Source: a virus. Taken from it: 64,000 nt of DNA. The notes beneath the pieces were generated by a model. It had not been told where the DNA came from and did not search any database. It saw only the letters and a program-made list of their open reading frames with translations. Positions 35,504-46,249 of this stretch are shown piece after piece. The stretch lies in the IMG/VR virus record IMGVR_UViG_3300028844_003967, positions 5,221 through 69,220 of that record; one strand, written 5' to 3'. Position numbers and translations under genes: made by a program. Within the stretch, counting starts at the first letter, position 1. Each line of letters opens with the position of its first letter.

Positions 35504-36008
35504 ACATGGGTTCATTACATTAAAAGGTGTATTTGATGAAGCTAAAAAATCTATAGATAAGGATTTAAATAACTTATCGAATAATCCAACAAGGATTAAT
35601 AAAATGACATGGAGAATGTTTTCTTTGATAATGCGAGAGTATTTCAAGATAATGTTTAGAGAGTTAGTAAGAGGTTATGAGTTTGTTTGGCTAAACAAAT
35701 TTGGTAATTTACGCGTAGTAAAAACTATGTGTACAAGGTATAATCCATCTACTTATAAAGTTTATAAGGATAAAAATGGTAAACCTTACGTAAAAAAAGT
35801 TAAATTTGATGTAAATAAATATGGTGGTTATTGGCACTTTATTTTTTGGGATGTAGGAAAGAAATGGAGGCAATATCGTTTTGATGCTGATATAAAGTTT
35901 AAAAGAGCTTTTATGAAGCAAGTAGATAATGGCTTTGAATACTTAGACTACTCTCTATATAAAGACGGTCAAGGAGCATCAGACACTTACATCTTTAAAG
36001 TAAAATAG
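35472..36008 (+). CDS. IHF-like protein of the crAss structural block
   Basis: F..I.REYF..M..EL..G.EF...NKFG.L.V.K; synteny between ring genes. Confidence 0.55.
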   Translation: MQDKITKSLDRHGFITLKGVFDEAKKSIDKDLNNLSNNPTRINKMTWRMFSLIMREYFKIMFRELVRGYEFVWLNKFGNLRVVKTMCTRYNPSTYKVYKDKNGKPYVKKVKFDVNKYGGYWHFIFWDVGKKWRQYRFDADIKFKRAFMKQVDNGFEYLDYSLYKDGQGASDTYIFKVK

Positions 36009-36009
36009 A

Positions 36010-37194
36010 ATGAGCCATAAAATATCTCTCAATAGAATTATAGGTAACGTTGTAGGTAATCTTGATCTTGAAAACATTAATGAATCGATTGAAGATTTTG
36101 CAAGATGGTCTGCAGAAGCAGTAACTAAAATTGGTTCAAGAAACTCTTATCATAGGCATGAGTGTTTAATAGAAATTAAAAACTATAAAGCATCTCTTCC
36201 AAAAAACTTTGTTTCTCCGATTGCAGTTAAGTATAAAAATAATTTATTAAATATAACTAAAAGGAGTTTTAGAGATTTTAGCAAAGGTTCTGCATTAAAT
36301 GTAGTTACAGATGGTGCTATAAATAACAATCAAAGAATTACAAATTCAGCAGGTGTACCTTTAACAGTTAGAATAACTTTTGTAGGTGTATTTACAGCTG
36401 GAGAAACTATTTCTATTACTGTAGTTTCAAATGATTGCGGTAATGTTTACTCAAATATATATAGTTATGTTGTTTTACCGGGAGATACTCCAGCTTTAAT
36501 TGCTGTTGCTTTTAATGATATGTTTCAAGCTATTTCAAATCTTCCTTACACTACTGTAGTTAGTGGAGATTCTATTGATTTAATAGGTAGAAATCCTAAC
36601 ATTAATTTTACTATTGCTATTTCTGAAAACAGTGTAATGGGTTCTGTTGACCAATGTGTTGTTCAGAAAAGAGTTCCTGAAAGAATAAATACTACTAATA
36701 CAGATACAGACACTAATGCAAGACATCCTAAATTCACTGATGATAGTTTAGCTAATAGAAGTGTAGCTAATATTGATACAGGAATGTTATCTACAAGTAG
36801 AACGGGTAGTTTAAATGCTTATGGATTTGGGTTTAATGATTTTCAATCAGCTCAAGTTTATTCAATAGATAATGGATGTATTAACTTTAATGCTTTAGAT
36901 GGTGAAACATTAGCTATTGCATATATGGGTGTAGAGTTAGATGAAGAAGGGTGGCCAATGATTTATCATATGCATGAAGATGCTGTTACTCATTATTTAC
37001 AGTATATGCTTATTTCAAGAAGATATTACAATGGTAAAGTTCCTCAGCATGTATTTGTTAATTCAGAAAGAAGATGGTTATACTTATGTTCTCAAGCAAG
37101 AGGGGATGATGAAATGCCTACTCCTGATGAATTTAACTATCTTGCTAATATGTGGAATCAATTAATGCCGCTACCTAATAAAAACTTATTTTAA
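36010..37194 (+). CDS. Tail tubular/ring protein with inserted domain
   Basis: IKNYKA.LP, IAYMG..LDEEG.PMI and RW...C.QAR motifs. Confidence 0.7.
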   Translation: MSHKISLNRIIGNVVGNLDLENINESIEDFARWSAEAVTKIGSRNSYHRHECLIEIKNYKASLPKNFVSPIAVKYKNNLLNITKRSFRDFSKGSALNVVTDGAINNNQRITNSAGVPLTVRITFVGVFTAGETISITVVSNDCGNVYSNIYSYVVLPGDTPALIAVAFNDMFQAISNLPYTTVVSGDSIDLIGRNPNINFTIAISENSVMGSVDQCVVQKRVPERINTTNTDTDTNARHPKFTDDSLANRSVANIDTGMLSTSRTGSLNAYGFGFNDFQSAQVYSIDNGCINFNALDGETLAIAYMGVELDEEGWPMIYHMHEDAVTHYLQYMLISRRYYNGKVPQHVFVNSERRWLYLCSQARGDDEMPTPDEFNYLANMWNQLMPLPNKNLF

Positions 37195-40100
37195 TGGCAA
37201 GTAAGCAAACAGTAAACTCCTTCCAAGAGGGAATGAAGCAAGATGTTGATATCTTGTTGTCAAATAATAAATCTTATCGTTATTCGATAGGAGGGAGATT
37301 AATGTTTAATAAAGATGGGACTTATTCTTGGGAAGTTGAAAATGGAAACAGACTTTCTTTTTTAATGACTCCAAGAAATGGAACTGATGTTAGTAAATAT
37401 GTTCCTATAGGTCATGCAGGAAATAGTAGTATTCGTGTTATATTTTCTGTTAATCCGGTATCAGGATTTTCAGAAATAGGAATATTTTCTATAGACAATG
37501 AAGGAAATGGACAATATAAAACATTGTTTAATGACCAAGACGATCCTAATGGAGATATATTAAATTTTAATCCTAACAATCAAATTGAAGCTCGTTTTAC
37601 TTATGAAAATGACTCTACCATTCGTGTATATTGGGTAGATGGTGTAGAAAATAATAGTAATCAACCAAGAGTATTTACGTTTAAATATGATAGAAATATA
37701 GGTAATAGTTCAAATACAAATGCTTATTCTGCTGTTACTTTAAGTGTTCATTCTATTAACTCTCAAGCAGAGTTTGATATGGGGCTTATTAAATATGACA
37801 GAAGAGTAAATGGTAATTTATTAACAGGTGTTTATCAATATACTTATAGTCTTGGAACTGTAGATGGATATGATACTCCTTGGTACCCATTAACAAGAAA
37901 AATATTTGTTACTTCTGATGAGGTAAGTAATACTAATTGGAATACTTATGAAATGGAAGGTGCTGGTATTGTTTCTTCTAAGGGAAATAGAATAGAAATA
38001 AAAGGTATTGACCAAAAATTTGATAGAATAAGAGTTGCTTATGTTTACAGTAAAACAAAAGATACCAACGATAGTGCAAATATATTTTCTCAAACAGATA
38101 TTAGTGGGGCTACAATGTCATTTGACCATGTATCAAATCAAGGAGAACCATTGCTTATAGAGGAAATTCCAGCTATATTTTCAGGTATTAGAGCTGCTAA
38201 GACTTTAAATATAAAAGATTCTACTCTTTATTATGGAAATCTTGTAGAAGGTATATTATCTGATTATGATACTGAAACTATTCTTTCTTCATTAACGGTA
38301 AAGCCTATCTTTAGAGATATGCGTTCTGATACAAAAAATTATGATACTACAAGTGCAATTACAAGTCCTCCGGTAACACATCAAAATTCTTCTACAGAAA
38401 CAACTACGGTAAGATTAAATCAAGGCGTTTCAGGAACAGAAACATATAATATATACCAAGACTATAAGAATTATAAAGGAACTCAAGTAGAGCATTTATA
38501 TACTGGTTATTTTAGGGGAGAAACATATAGGTTTGCTATTGTTTTTTATGATAAATTAGGATATCCTTCATTTGCTGCGCATTTGTGTGATATTAAATTT
38601 CCCGAACAATCTTCTGATACATTTACAGCAAATAGAATTACAACTTCAAATACAGTAGTTAATGTTGCTGCTGGTGGTGGTGTTCTTCCTACAAGAGCAT
38701 GGCCTACAAATAATTATGGTAATTATACTTCTCCTGCAGTTGTAGATGGAGAAAATACGGGTGCTGGAGATTATTCTCATATTAGAATAATGGGATTACA
38801 AGTAGATGGAATTGATGCTTCTACAATATCTCAGCAGATATCGGGATTTAAAATTGTTAGAACAGAGCTTGATGCTACAATACTTACGCAAGGATTAGCT
38901 TACCCAACAGTAAAAGAAGTTAATACATCTGCTCCACTTCCATTGTATTTTCAAGAATGGGTTGATGCAACAACAGGTGCGCCTATGGGTGCTGGTACTT
39001 TAGAAGGAGATATTGCTCTTAAAGGTGTTGATATGGCAAATAGTATTACGAATACTACTTCTACGGGAACTACTCCATTGTTTTTAGTAAGACCAAACCT
39101 TACTACAATGTATTTACCCGATTATGATTTTGATGCTAACAATTTACCTACAATTCAATCTCAAGATAAATTAAAATTAGTTGGTGGTTGTTTTTCTCAA
39201 AACTCTACTCCAGCAAGTGCAGTTCCTGAATGGGATGGGTTTCAGCTTACGGGAAATAGTGATACTCAGCAATACGTTAAAAAAATGTATTACAGTGCTA
39301 ATTTATTTCATGATGCTCCATCACAACCTTATCCAATATATTTGTCTGAAGCTTCTCCAACAGCCATTTGGACAACAGGTTTAGGGGGAGAAGTTCCAAA
39401 TTATGAAACCGGATTGCTTTTAGCAAATAGAGTTGAATGGGAAAATGCTTCATGGACTCCATCTACAAATGAATATAAAGGTTGGGGTAAACCTCAAACT
39501 GTATTTTTTAAAACAACTAATTTTGGTAGTCAAACAGTTGGTGGTTCTGCTTTTTATAGTGTAAATTCTTTTGGAACTCCATTGTATGGAGATTATATGG
39601 GTAATTGGATATGTAATTATGTTCGACCAAATGCTAATCCTTATGGGGGTTTAACTTTAAGTGCTTTAGAAACATCTATATTTTATGGCACTGGACATTT
39701 TCAGCCGGTAAATAATTCTTCATTTATAACTCCTGCGGGAGCTTTATTTAACGAAATAGAAGTTTGGGGTGGTGATTGTTATTTAGATTACTTTGGGTTT
39801 GCAAGAGTTTATAGTAGAATGGATGGTACTTTAGGTGCTCCTGAATATGATTACGCAGAAGGAATTGTATTTCCTTGGGAAAGTAAATTAAATCATACTT
39901 TAAGACAAGCTGCTTCACAAGACAATCCAATGTACACAGATGTTGGTACTCGTTCTTGGTATGAATATTTAAATGGTGGTACTAATTGGCCAAAAGGTAT
40001 TTTTGAATTTGATTTAGATAATAGATTAATAGAAGAATTTAATATTGCTGATTCATTGCAGTTTCAAGAGTTAATACAGTTTTATGCTCCTAAGCCTTTA

Positions 40101-41513
40101 AACTTTTTAGATAATACAAGGTTTCCTACTCGTTGGAGATATACACGTGAAAAGATAATAGGTGATCCAATAGATACTTGGAGATTGTTTCAGGTAAATG
40201 ATTTTGATGATTTAAAAGGAGAGTACGGAGAAATTACCTCATCGTTATATATATTTAATCAAATATATTCTTGGCAGTTATCTGCTTTTGGTAGGTTAAG
40301 AGCATCTGATAGGGCAATAATTGAGTCTGCTAATGCTGGTTCACTTACTACAGGCGTTGGTGATAAACTTGATGGAATTGATTATGTGTCTGAAATAGAA
40401 GGAAATCAACATCAATGGAGTTTGTTTTCTTCTGGTAAGGCTGCTTATTGGATTAATGTTGATATGAAATCAATTATGAGATTTGCTCAAGATGGTAGAG
40501 TAAGTCTTAGTGATACTTATGGTATTCATGATTTTAGTGCAGATACTTTAGGTATTTTTGCTAATATTGATAATCCTGCTTGGTCGGGAGGAATTGCTGG
40601 AGTTTACGACCATGACAATGGAGATGCTATTTGGTCTTTAAACTATGATGAATACTTATATAGAAATGGCCCTCTTTTTGTTTCTTCTGTAAAAACAGAT
40701 GCAAGTTCAGAGGTTTATGAAAATAATTCAACTATATTTTTTAGTTATACTGGAGCTGTAGCAAGTGGAGTTTATTTTCCTCAAGGTTCAACATTATCAG
40801 GAGAAAATAATAATTCTGTTTATTATGTTTCTGCTAATTCTACTTCTAATGTTTTTGGAATATACACAGTAGATGCTAATGGAGTTCCTACAAAATTAGT
40901 TGATGTTAATCCAAATGAATCATATAAAGTATCAAGAATTAGTAATACTGATGTATGGACAGCATCTTTAGTTCTAACTAAAGAGATAAGTCCTGAACCA
41001 TTTTCAATATCGTTTAATGAGAATTTAAATTTATTTCAAGGATTTCATCCTTTTAAGTCTACTTTCTTTATGTCGCATAATGACAATTTATTATCAGTAG
41101 ATAATGATGTTGTTGGACAAGACAACAAGATTTTTATTCATGATAGTTTTGCTCCTAAAAATACATTTTACGGATTACAATATAAGGCTATTTTATCATC
41201 TGTTTCTGCAGAAGCGCCAATGCTTCAAAAAATATTTGATGATGTTAGGGTTAACTGTAATGATGAAGCTTCATTAACAATGACTAATTTCTTAATAGAA
41301 ACTGAAACTCAAAGTTATTTTTTCGATGTTGCTTCTGATACAAGAAAAAAATATGTTGAAGATATACTTAGATTTCCTATAAGAACTAAAATTCAAAAAG
41401 ACCGTACAAGAGGCAAACATTTAAGAATGACATTTGAGTTTTTGAATAATTCGTATAAGTCAGTAAGAATGATTAATTTAGTAACATGGTTTAGAAATTC
41501 AAATAGAATATAA
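37194..41513 (+). CDS. Tail stabilization/muzzle (P22 gp10-like) protein
   Basis: 1439 aa; NSF..GM..D start, YFRGETYRFAIVFYDK.G, WGGDCYL, GEYGEI and terminal R.RGK motifs. Confidence 0.8.
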   Translation: MASKQTVNSFQEGMKQDVDILLSNNKSYRYSIGGRLMFNKDGTYSWEVENGNRLSFLMTPRNGTDVSKYVPIGHAGNSSIRVIFSVNPVSGFSEIGIFSIDNEGNGQYKTLFNDQDDPNGDILNFNPNNQIEARFTYENDSTIRVYWVDGVENNSNQPRVFTFKYDRNIGNSSNTNAYSAVTLSVHSINSQAEFDMGLIKYDRRVNGNLLTGVYQYTYSLGTVDGYDTPWYPLTRKIFVTSDEVSNTNWNTYEMEGAGIVSSKGNRIEIKGIDQKFDRIRVAYVYSKTKDTNDSANIFSQTDISGATMSFDHVSNQGEPLLIEEIPAIFSGIRAAKTLNIKDSTLYYGNLVEGILSDYDTETILSSLTVKPIFRDMRSDTKNYDTTSAITSPPVTHQNSSTETTTVRLNQGVSGTETYNIYQDYKNYKGTQVEHLYTGYFRGETYRFAIVFYDKLGYPSFAAHLCDIKFPEQSSDTFTANRITTSNTVVNVAAGGGVLPTRAWPTNNYGNYTSPAVVDGENTGAGDYSHIRIMGLQVDGIDASTISQQISGFKIVRTELDATILTQGLAYPTVKEVNTSAPLPLYFQEWVDATTGAPMGAGTLEGDIALKGVDMANSITNTTSTGTTPLFLVRPNLTTMYLPDYDFDANNLPTIQSQDKLKLVGGCFSQNSTPASAVPEWDGFQLTGNSDTQQYVKKMYYSANLFHDAPSQPYPIYLSEASPTAIWTTGLGGEVPNYETGLLLANRVEWENASWTPSTNEYKGWGKPQTVFFKTTNFGSQTVGGSAFYSVNSFGTPLYGDYMGNWICNYVRPNANPYGGLTLSALETSIFYGTGHFQPVNNSSFITPAGALFNEIEVWGGDCYLDYFGFARVYSRMDGTLGAPEYDYAEGIVFPWESKLNHTLRQAASQDNPMYTDVGTRSWYEYLNGGTNWPKGIFEFDLDNRLIEEFNIADSLQFQELIQFYAPKPLNFLDNTRFPTRWRYTREKIIGDPIDTWRLFQVNDFDDLKGEYGEITSSLYIFNQIYSWQLSAFGRLRASDRAIIESANAGSLTTGVGDKLDGIDYVSEIEGNQHQWSLFSSGKAAYWINVDMKSIMRFAQDGRVSLSDTYGIHDFSADTLGIFANIDNPAWSGGIAGVYDHDNGDAIWSLNYDEYLYRNGPLFVSSVKTDASSEVYENNSTIFFSYTGAVASGVYFPQGSTLSGENNNSVYYVSANSTSNVFGIYTVDANGVPTKLVDVNPNESYKVSRISNTDVWTASLVLTKEISPEPFSISFNENLNLFQGFHPFKSTFFMSHNDNLLSVDNDVVGQDNKIFIHDSFAPKNTFYGLQYKAILSSVSAEAPMLQKIFDDVRVNCNDEASLTMTNFLIETETQSYFFDVASDTRKKYVEDILRFPIRTKIQKDRTRGKHLRMTFEFLNNSYKSVRMINLVTWFRNSNRI

Positions 41514-42232
41514 TGGCAATATTTACAGATACAAGAGAACTAAACAGACAAGCTTCTACAGACCATCTTGATAGAGTTAAGGGCTTAGACAAGACTGCAT
41601 TAGCGATACTTGGATATAAAAATGATGGAACAAGAAGTGCTTGGGGTAAGATTAACCCTATGATTGGAGGGATAGGTACTAATAAATTAGCGCAAACAGT
41701 TATTGGTAAAAATAGTGAAACAGGAACAGATACATTAGCTGCATTAAAAGGTACTGAAAAAGAAGCTATAAACAATACATTAAATAAAGCTGCTTTAGCT
41801 GCTACCATAATGTCTGCAGGAACTGGAGCTCCTATAATGGGTGCTATTAGTAAAGGTCTTGGAATGATTACCGGAGGTAGTGATAAAAGTGATTTGTTTA
41901 AAGATGTTTCTAATATGGCTAAAAAAGAAGAGTCTATGGAGGCTTTAGATTCAGTTAATTTAGATGGTGGATATTCTGAACAAACTATTGATGGCGTTAC
42001 TACAACAATGGTAGATGGTAATCCAGTAATGATAGATGGTGTTCCTATTGATGCTGTGGGTGGAACAGACGCTGGAGGTGAACTAAAAAATGTTTTAGGT
42101 AGTGCTGGAAATTTAGATATATTACAATCTGGAATTGGAGCCATTACTTCAGAGGTTGCATTAAATGAGGCAGAAAAAGAAGCTGTAGTTACAAGTGGTA
42201 AAAAATCAATGAATCAATTTAGTTACTTATAA
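41513..42232 (+). CDS. Putative internal virion/ejection protein
   Basis: Gly/Ala-rich with an amphipathic segment; after the muzzle gene. Confidence 0.5.
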   Translation: MAIFTDTRELNRQASTDHLDRVKGLDKTALAILGYKNDGTRSAWGKINPMIGGIGTNKLAQTVIGKNSETGTDTLAALKGTEKEAINNTLNKAALAATIMSAGTGAPIMGAISKGLGMITGGSDKSDLFKDVSNMAKKEESMEALDSVNLDGGYSEQTIDGVTTTMVDGNPVMIDGVPIDAVGGTDAGGELKNVLGSAGNLDILQSGIGAITSEVALNEAEKEAVVTSGKKSMNQFSYL

Positions 42233-42233
42233 T

Positions 42234-44630
42234 ATGAGAGGGTTAGATATAACAAAAAAAGATGAAGGTAAAAATTGGTGGGATAAATATACTCCTACAG
42301 AGCTTTTAAAAAATCTTACTAAACAAGAAGAAAAAGTTTATAAAGATATTCCTTATGTTCAAGGAGTAAATAATACTATACCTTCTTTACCTAATTATGA
42401 GGGATTAGTTGATTCTCCTACTGCACAAAAATTCTTTGAATTAGTAAAAAATAAAAATTATGATTTAGGCGCTAAGGGTATTGCTAATTGGACTAATGCT
42501 AATGGCAAACGTAAAACAAATATTGATAGTATAGATTGTAGTGGTGCTGTTTGTGTTGTTAAAAATGCAATGGGTGCTGATTATAATTTAACAAATACAG
42601 GAGCTGCTAAATTTAAGTCTGTTGCTAAAACAAAAGGAATTAAGCCTGAAGAATCTGTTGATGGTGATATGATTGTTTTTCAAACCGAAGGAGATAATAC
42701 AGACCATATTGGTTTTATTGTAGTTGATGATCAAGGAAGAAGATATATTGCTGAATCTTCAAGTTCTTACAATGGAACAACTATTACTCCATACGAAGAA
42801 AGAGTAAAAGATTTAGAATCTCGTTTGCCAAACTTAACTTATGACATTGTTTCTGACAATGAAAACAGACCAGCTCCAAAGCCTTATAATACAAGTTACG
42901 AGCATTTAACTAATGATAAGATTGAAGTTAGACCTCCTTCAAAAGTTTTAGATAAAGCTAAAGAAGCTACAAAACAAGGTGCTATTCCTAATAATGCGGT
43001 AAAAGTTGAAAAGCCTATTGTTTCTGGAAATTCTTGGGGAGATAGATTTGTTGACATAATTAAAGAAGCGGGAGAAGAAATAGCAGCTGAACCAACAATA
43101 GAAACTGCAACAGAAGAAGTTGCTATAGACCCTAATATTGACGCTACTTCTAAAGCTGGGGATGATACAGAAGTTGTCACTGATGATACAGAGGGTGTTG
43201 GTGGAGCTGAACTAACCGAAGAATTAAAAGGTGGCATTACTGATGAAAATAAGCAAAAAGTAATAGATGCATTAGATTCAATACCATCTTGGATGAAAAA
43301 TGCAATAAGTGAAGACCCTAAAGTTCTTGATGACCCTACTTTTTTAGAAACTTTGGAAGGAACTCCAGCGGGTTCTATTTTAGATTTCTTTACAAAAGGA
43401 TTAACTGGTGTTGACATTTTTAAAAAAGATGTTGATGATAAAAGTCAAGAGGTTCCAAATTGGATGAAATCAATAGGGGAAAAATTTACTTCTTCTTTTG
43501 CAAAAACAACTGGACTTGGTTTAGGAGATACGGCTAAAAAAATAGTTACTTCTGGTATTGTTGATAAACCTAAAAGTGCATTAGCTGATGAAGAAACTGT
43601 AGCTGAAGAAGTAGATTATTCATCTCCAGACTACATTAATGATTTACCTGATGAAAATGGAGTTGTTGGTGGTGCAGGAGGTGTTGCAACCATAGATGAT
43701 TTTGATGCTGATAAATTAAAACAACAAATTGCTGATAATAAAGAATTATTAGGAAATTTAAATAATCGTCAACCATTTGAATATGAATCACAAACTCAAT
43801 GGAATAATGATTTAGCAGGCACTATTGCAGATGCTGGTAGAGGTATTGTAGGAATGATAGGCGCAAGTGAGCCATTGCCAAAATATTCAAGAAGTGAAAT
43901 GTTTAAAACATCTATGGGAGAACTTACCGATAGAAGAAACATGGGTCTTTCTGATGATGAAATTGGATTTGCTAAACAAATGGCTGAACGAGGATATGGA
44001 TATGACGTAAAAAATATTCGTAGAATGGCGGGTGGTTCTGCTGGTGTTGCTCTTGGAAATCTTGGTAGAGCGCAAGGTCAACTATATGACCAATATGGTC
44101 AATTAGCTACAAGAGATGAAGCTGTTCGTAGACAAAATAGAGCTGACTTTAACAGAGGTGCTTTACAAGAAGAACGTGTTAATAGAATGATATTTGAAGA
44201 TGATTTAAGACAAGCTGAAAGAAGTAAGGCTGCTGCTGCTCAATTAACTTCAGAGTCTATGAAAAATATTAAAGACCGTAATCAATACAATAGGGCATTT
44301 GGACCAGGTAGTCAAATTTATCAATATTATGAAGATGTTCTTAGAGATAAAGAGTCATCTATTTTTTATAGAGAACAAGCTAATGCTGATAGAGAGCTTG
44401 AGGCTAAACAAGAGTTAGAAAGAAAAATAGCTGCAGATGAAAAATCTTTGTTTGAAAGAACAGGAGGTTTAAATGACGGTGTTACTTTAGGTGGAGAAGA
44501 TATAATGACAGTAGAAGATGGTTTAAAAAAATTAAACCTAACTCAAGAATTATTTGATGGTTTAGATGATAATAGTAAAAAACAAGTTTACGATAAGTTA
44601 TCGACTATGGGGATAGGAAAACCTAAATAA
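42234..44630 (+). CDS. Ejection protein with N-terminal NlpC/P60 peptidoglycan hydrolase domain
   Basis: IDCSGAV...GDMIVF....DHIGF...IAESSS; acidic linker; helical C-terminus. Confidence 0.7.
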   Translation: MRGLDITKKDEGKNWWDKYTPTELLKNLTKQEEKVYKDIPYVQGVNNTIPSLPNYEGLVDSPTAQKFFELVKNKNYDLGAKGIANWTNANGKRKTNIDSIDCSGAVCVVKNAMGADYNLTNTGAAKFKSVAKTKGIKPEESVDGDMIVFQTEGDNTDHIGFIVVDDQGRRYIAESSSSYNGTTITPYEERVKDLESRLPNLTYDIVSDNENRPAPKPYNTSYEHLTNDKIEVRPPSKVLDKAKEATKQGAIPNNAVKVEKPIVSGNSWGDRFVDIIKEAGEEIAAEPTIETATEEVAIDPNIDATSKAGDDTEVVTDDTEGVGGAELTEELKGGITDENKQKVIDALDSIPSWMKNAISEDPKVLDDPTFLETLEGTPAGSILDFFTKGLTGVDIFKKDVDDKSQEVPNWMKSIGEKFTSSFAKTTGLGLGDTAKKIVTSGIVDKPKSALADEETVAEEVDYSSPDYINDLPDENGVVGGAGGVATIDDFDADKLKQQIADNKELLGNLNNRQPFEYESQTQWNNDLAGTIADAGRGIVGMIGASEPLPKYSRSEMFKTSMGELTDRRNMGLSDDEIGFAKQMAERGYGYDVKNIRRMAGGSAGVALGNLGRAQGQLYDQYGQLATRDEAVRRQNRADFNRGALQEERVNRMIFEDDLRQAERSKAAAAQLTSESMKNIKDRNQYNRAFGPGSQIYQYYEDVLRDKESSIFYREQANADRELEAKQELERKIAADEKSLFERTGGLNDGVTLGGEDIMTVEDGLKKLNLTQELFDGLDDNSKKQVYDKLSTMGIGKPK

Positions 44631-44708
44631 CCTTAAAATAAATTTCTTATATTAAGAAGGTTAATAACAAAAGATTAAAAGATAAATAATATTTAATACA
44701 TTTACAAT

Positions 44709-46244
44709 ATGGCAGATTGGGGTTTATATAGTGCTTTAAGAGGTACTGACGATTGGGCTCAAAAGAGACAAGACCAACAAATGAATCTTCTTGCGGCTGA
44801 AAAAAGCGAAGCAAGAGAAAGACAAAAGGTTGCTGAATCTGCGTCTGCAGAAGCTGATATTGCAAAATACATGGAAGAACTACAGAACTTAGAAGTTCTT
44901 CCTGAAGATCAAGAAAGAGTTGCACAAGCAGAAAAACAAGCTCGTCAAAATATTGTTGCTGGTATTGCTAAAAATAACGGAGATTTAAGAAGGTATATGA
45001 GTACGGGTGGTATAACTGCTCTTAATGATTATAAAACTTCTGTAATGCAATCAGAAGAAGTTAAACAAGCTGGTGTTAATAAAGTTAATCTTACAAACTA
45101 TCTTAATCAAGATGCTAAAGGAAACCAACGTCATAAATTTGTTGATGTTGATGTTCCTATGTTTGATGAAGAAGGAAATCAAATAGGTTCTGAAACTAAA
45201 AAAATGTCTTTCCAAGACCAATACGATTTGTATAAACAAGGAAAGATTAAAAATCTTAATTATGATGGTTCTGAAACAAGAATCAATATGGGAATTGAAG
45301 ATTTTAATAGAATGTATAAAAATCCAGCTGACCCTTATCAAGAAGATAATTACGTTACTGCATCTAATATTTATGAAAAGATGCTTAGTAAAGGAGCTTC
45401 AGAAGAATATGCAAGAGAGCAAGCTAACCGATATGCTGATATGGCTGCAAAAGGTGGAGATGTTTGGAGATGGAAAGCGGGAGATCAAAATGAGTTAGCA
45501 TTAAAAATGGCTAAATTAAAAATGGCAAGAGATAAAGCTGCAGCAAAAGCAGCTGGTAGTGGAGGTAGAAATACTACTGCAACTCGAACATCTAATGTTA
45601 TTGGAGAGGTTAATGAGTTACAATCAGGCTCAGTATTGCCATCTGGAAGAAATGACCAAAATGCTATTCTTTATAATTTAGGATTTAATAAAAATGATGA
45701 TGGTGTATATATGCCTCCTTCTACTGGATTTGAAGTTAGAGATGCAATGAATCCTGAATTTAAATATGATTTAAAATATATAGATAATATAGAATATAAA
45801 GATTATGTTGCTTTAGAAGATGAGAATGGTATTACGCAAAAATATTTAAGAGCAACTGTTAAATGGCCTGACCCAACATCTTTAATGGGCGGTGTGTTTT
45901 CTTGGGGTGATTGGGAAGATCAACCATTTACGGATAAAGTAGGTTATACGACTCCTAAAGACCCCTCAATAGAAAAAAATTGGCAAATGGATTCGGATAA
46001 TAATTATTTTACAGGAGATATATTAGTACCTATAGATAGAGCTATTAATACTCCGCATATTAAAATGCAAATGAATAAAATGATTAATGTTAATGAAAAT
46101 GCTGATTATACTTTTGGCAGCACTACTAATGAAGATATGCAAGAAATGTCAAGAGAATATTTAATGTATCTTTCAGAAGCTATGGATGTAAGTCCAGAAG
46201 AGGTATTAGAAACATTTATGATTGCTAATCAACAAAATCAATAA
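44709..46244 (+). CDS. Putative ejection/cargo protein
   Basis: Helical Gln/Ala-rich N-terminus; directly before the vRNAP gene. Confidence 0.55.
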   Translation: MADWGLYSALRGTDDWAQKRQDQQMNLLAAEKSEARERQKVAESASAEADIAKYMEELQNLEVLPEDQERVAQAEKQARQNIVAGIAKNNGDLRRYMSTGGITALNDYKTSVMQSEEVKQAGVNKVNLTNYLNQDAKGNQRHKFVDVDVPMFDEEGNQIGSETKKMSFQDQYDLYKQGKIKNLNYDGSETRINMGIEDFNRMYKNPADPYQEDNYVTASNIYEKMLSKGASEEYAREQANRYADMAAKGGDVWRWKAGDQNELALKMAKLKMARDKAAAKAAGSGGRNTTATRTSNVIGEVNELQSGSVLPSGRNDQNAILYNLGFNKNDDGVYMPPSTGFEVRDAMNPEFKYDLKYIDNIEYKDYVALEDENGITQKYLRATVKWPDPTSLMGGVFSWGDWEDQPFTDKVGYTTPKDPSIEKNWQMDSDNNYFTGDILVPIDRAINTPHIKMQMNKMINVNENADYTFGSTTNEDMQEMSREYLMYLSEAMDVSPEEVLETFMIANQQNQ

Positions 46245-46249
46245 ATTTA

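Noticed and set aside
41491-43417. Minus-strand ORFs of 217 and 173 aa, and other short antisense or out-of-frame ORFs in the structural block
   Set aside because: They lie within well-supported plus-strand genes and have no motifs or expression signals.
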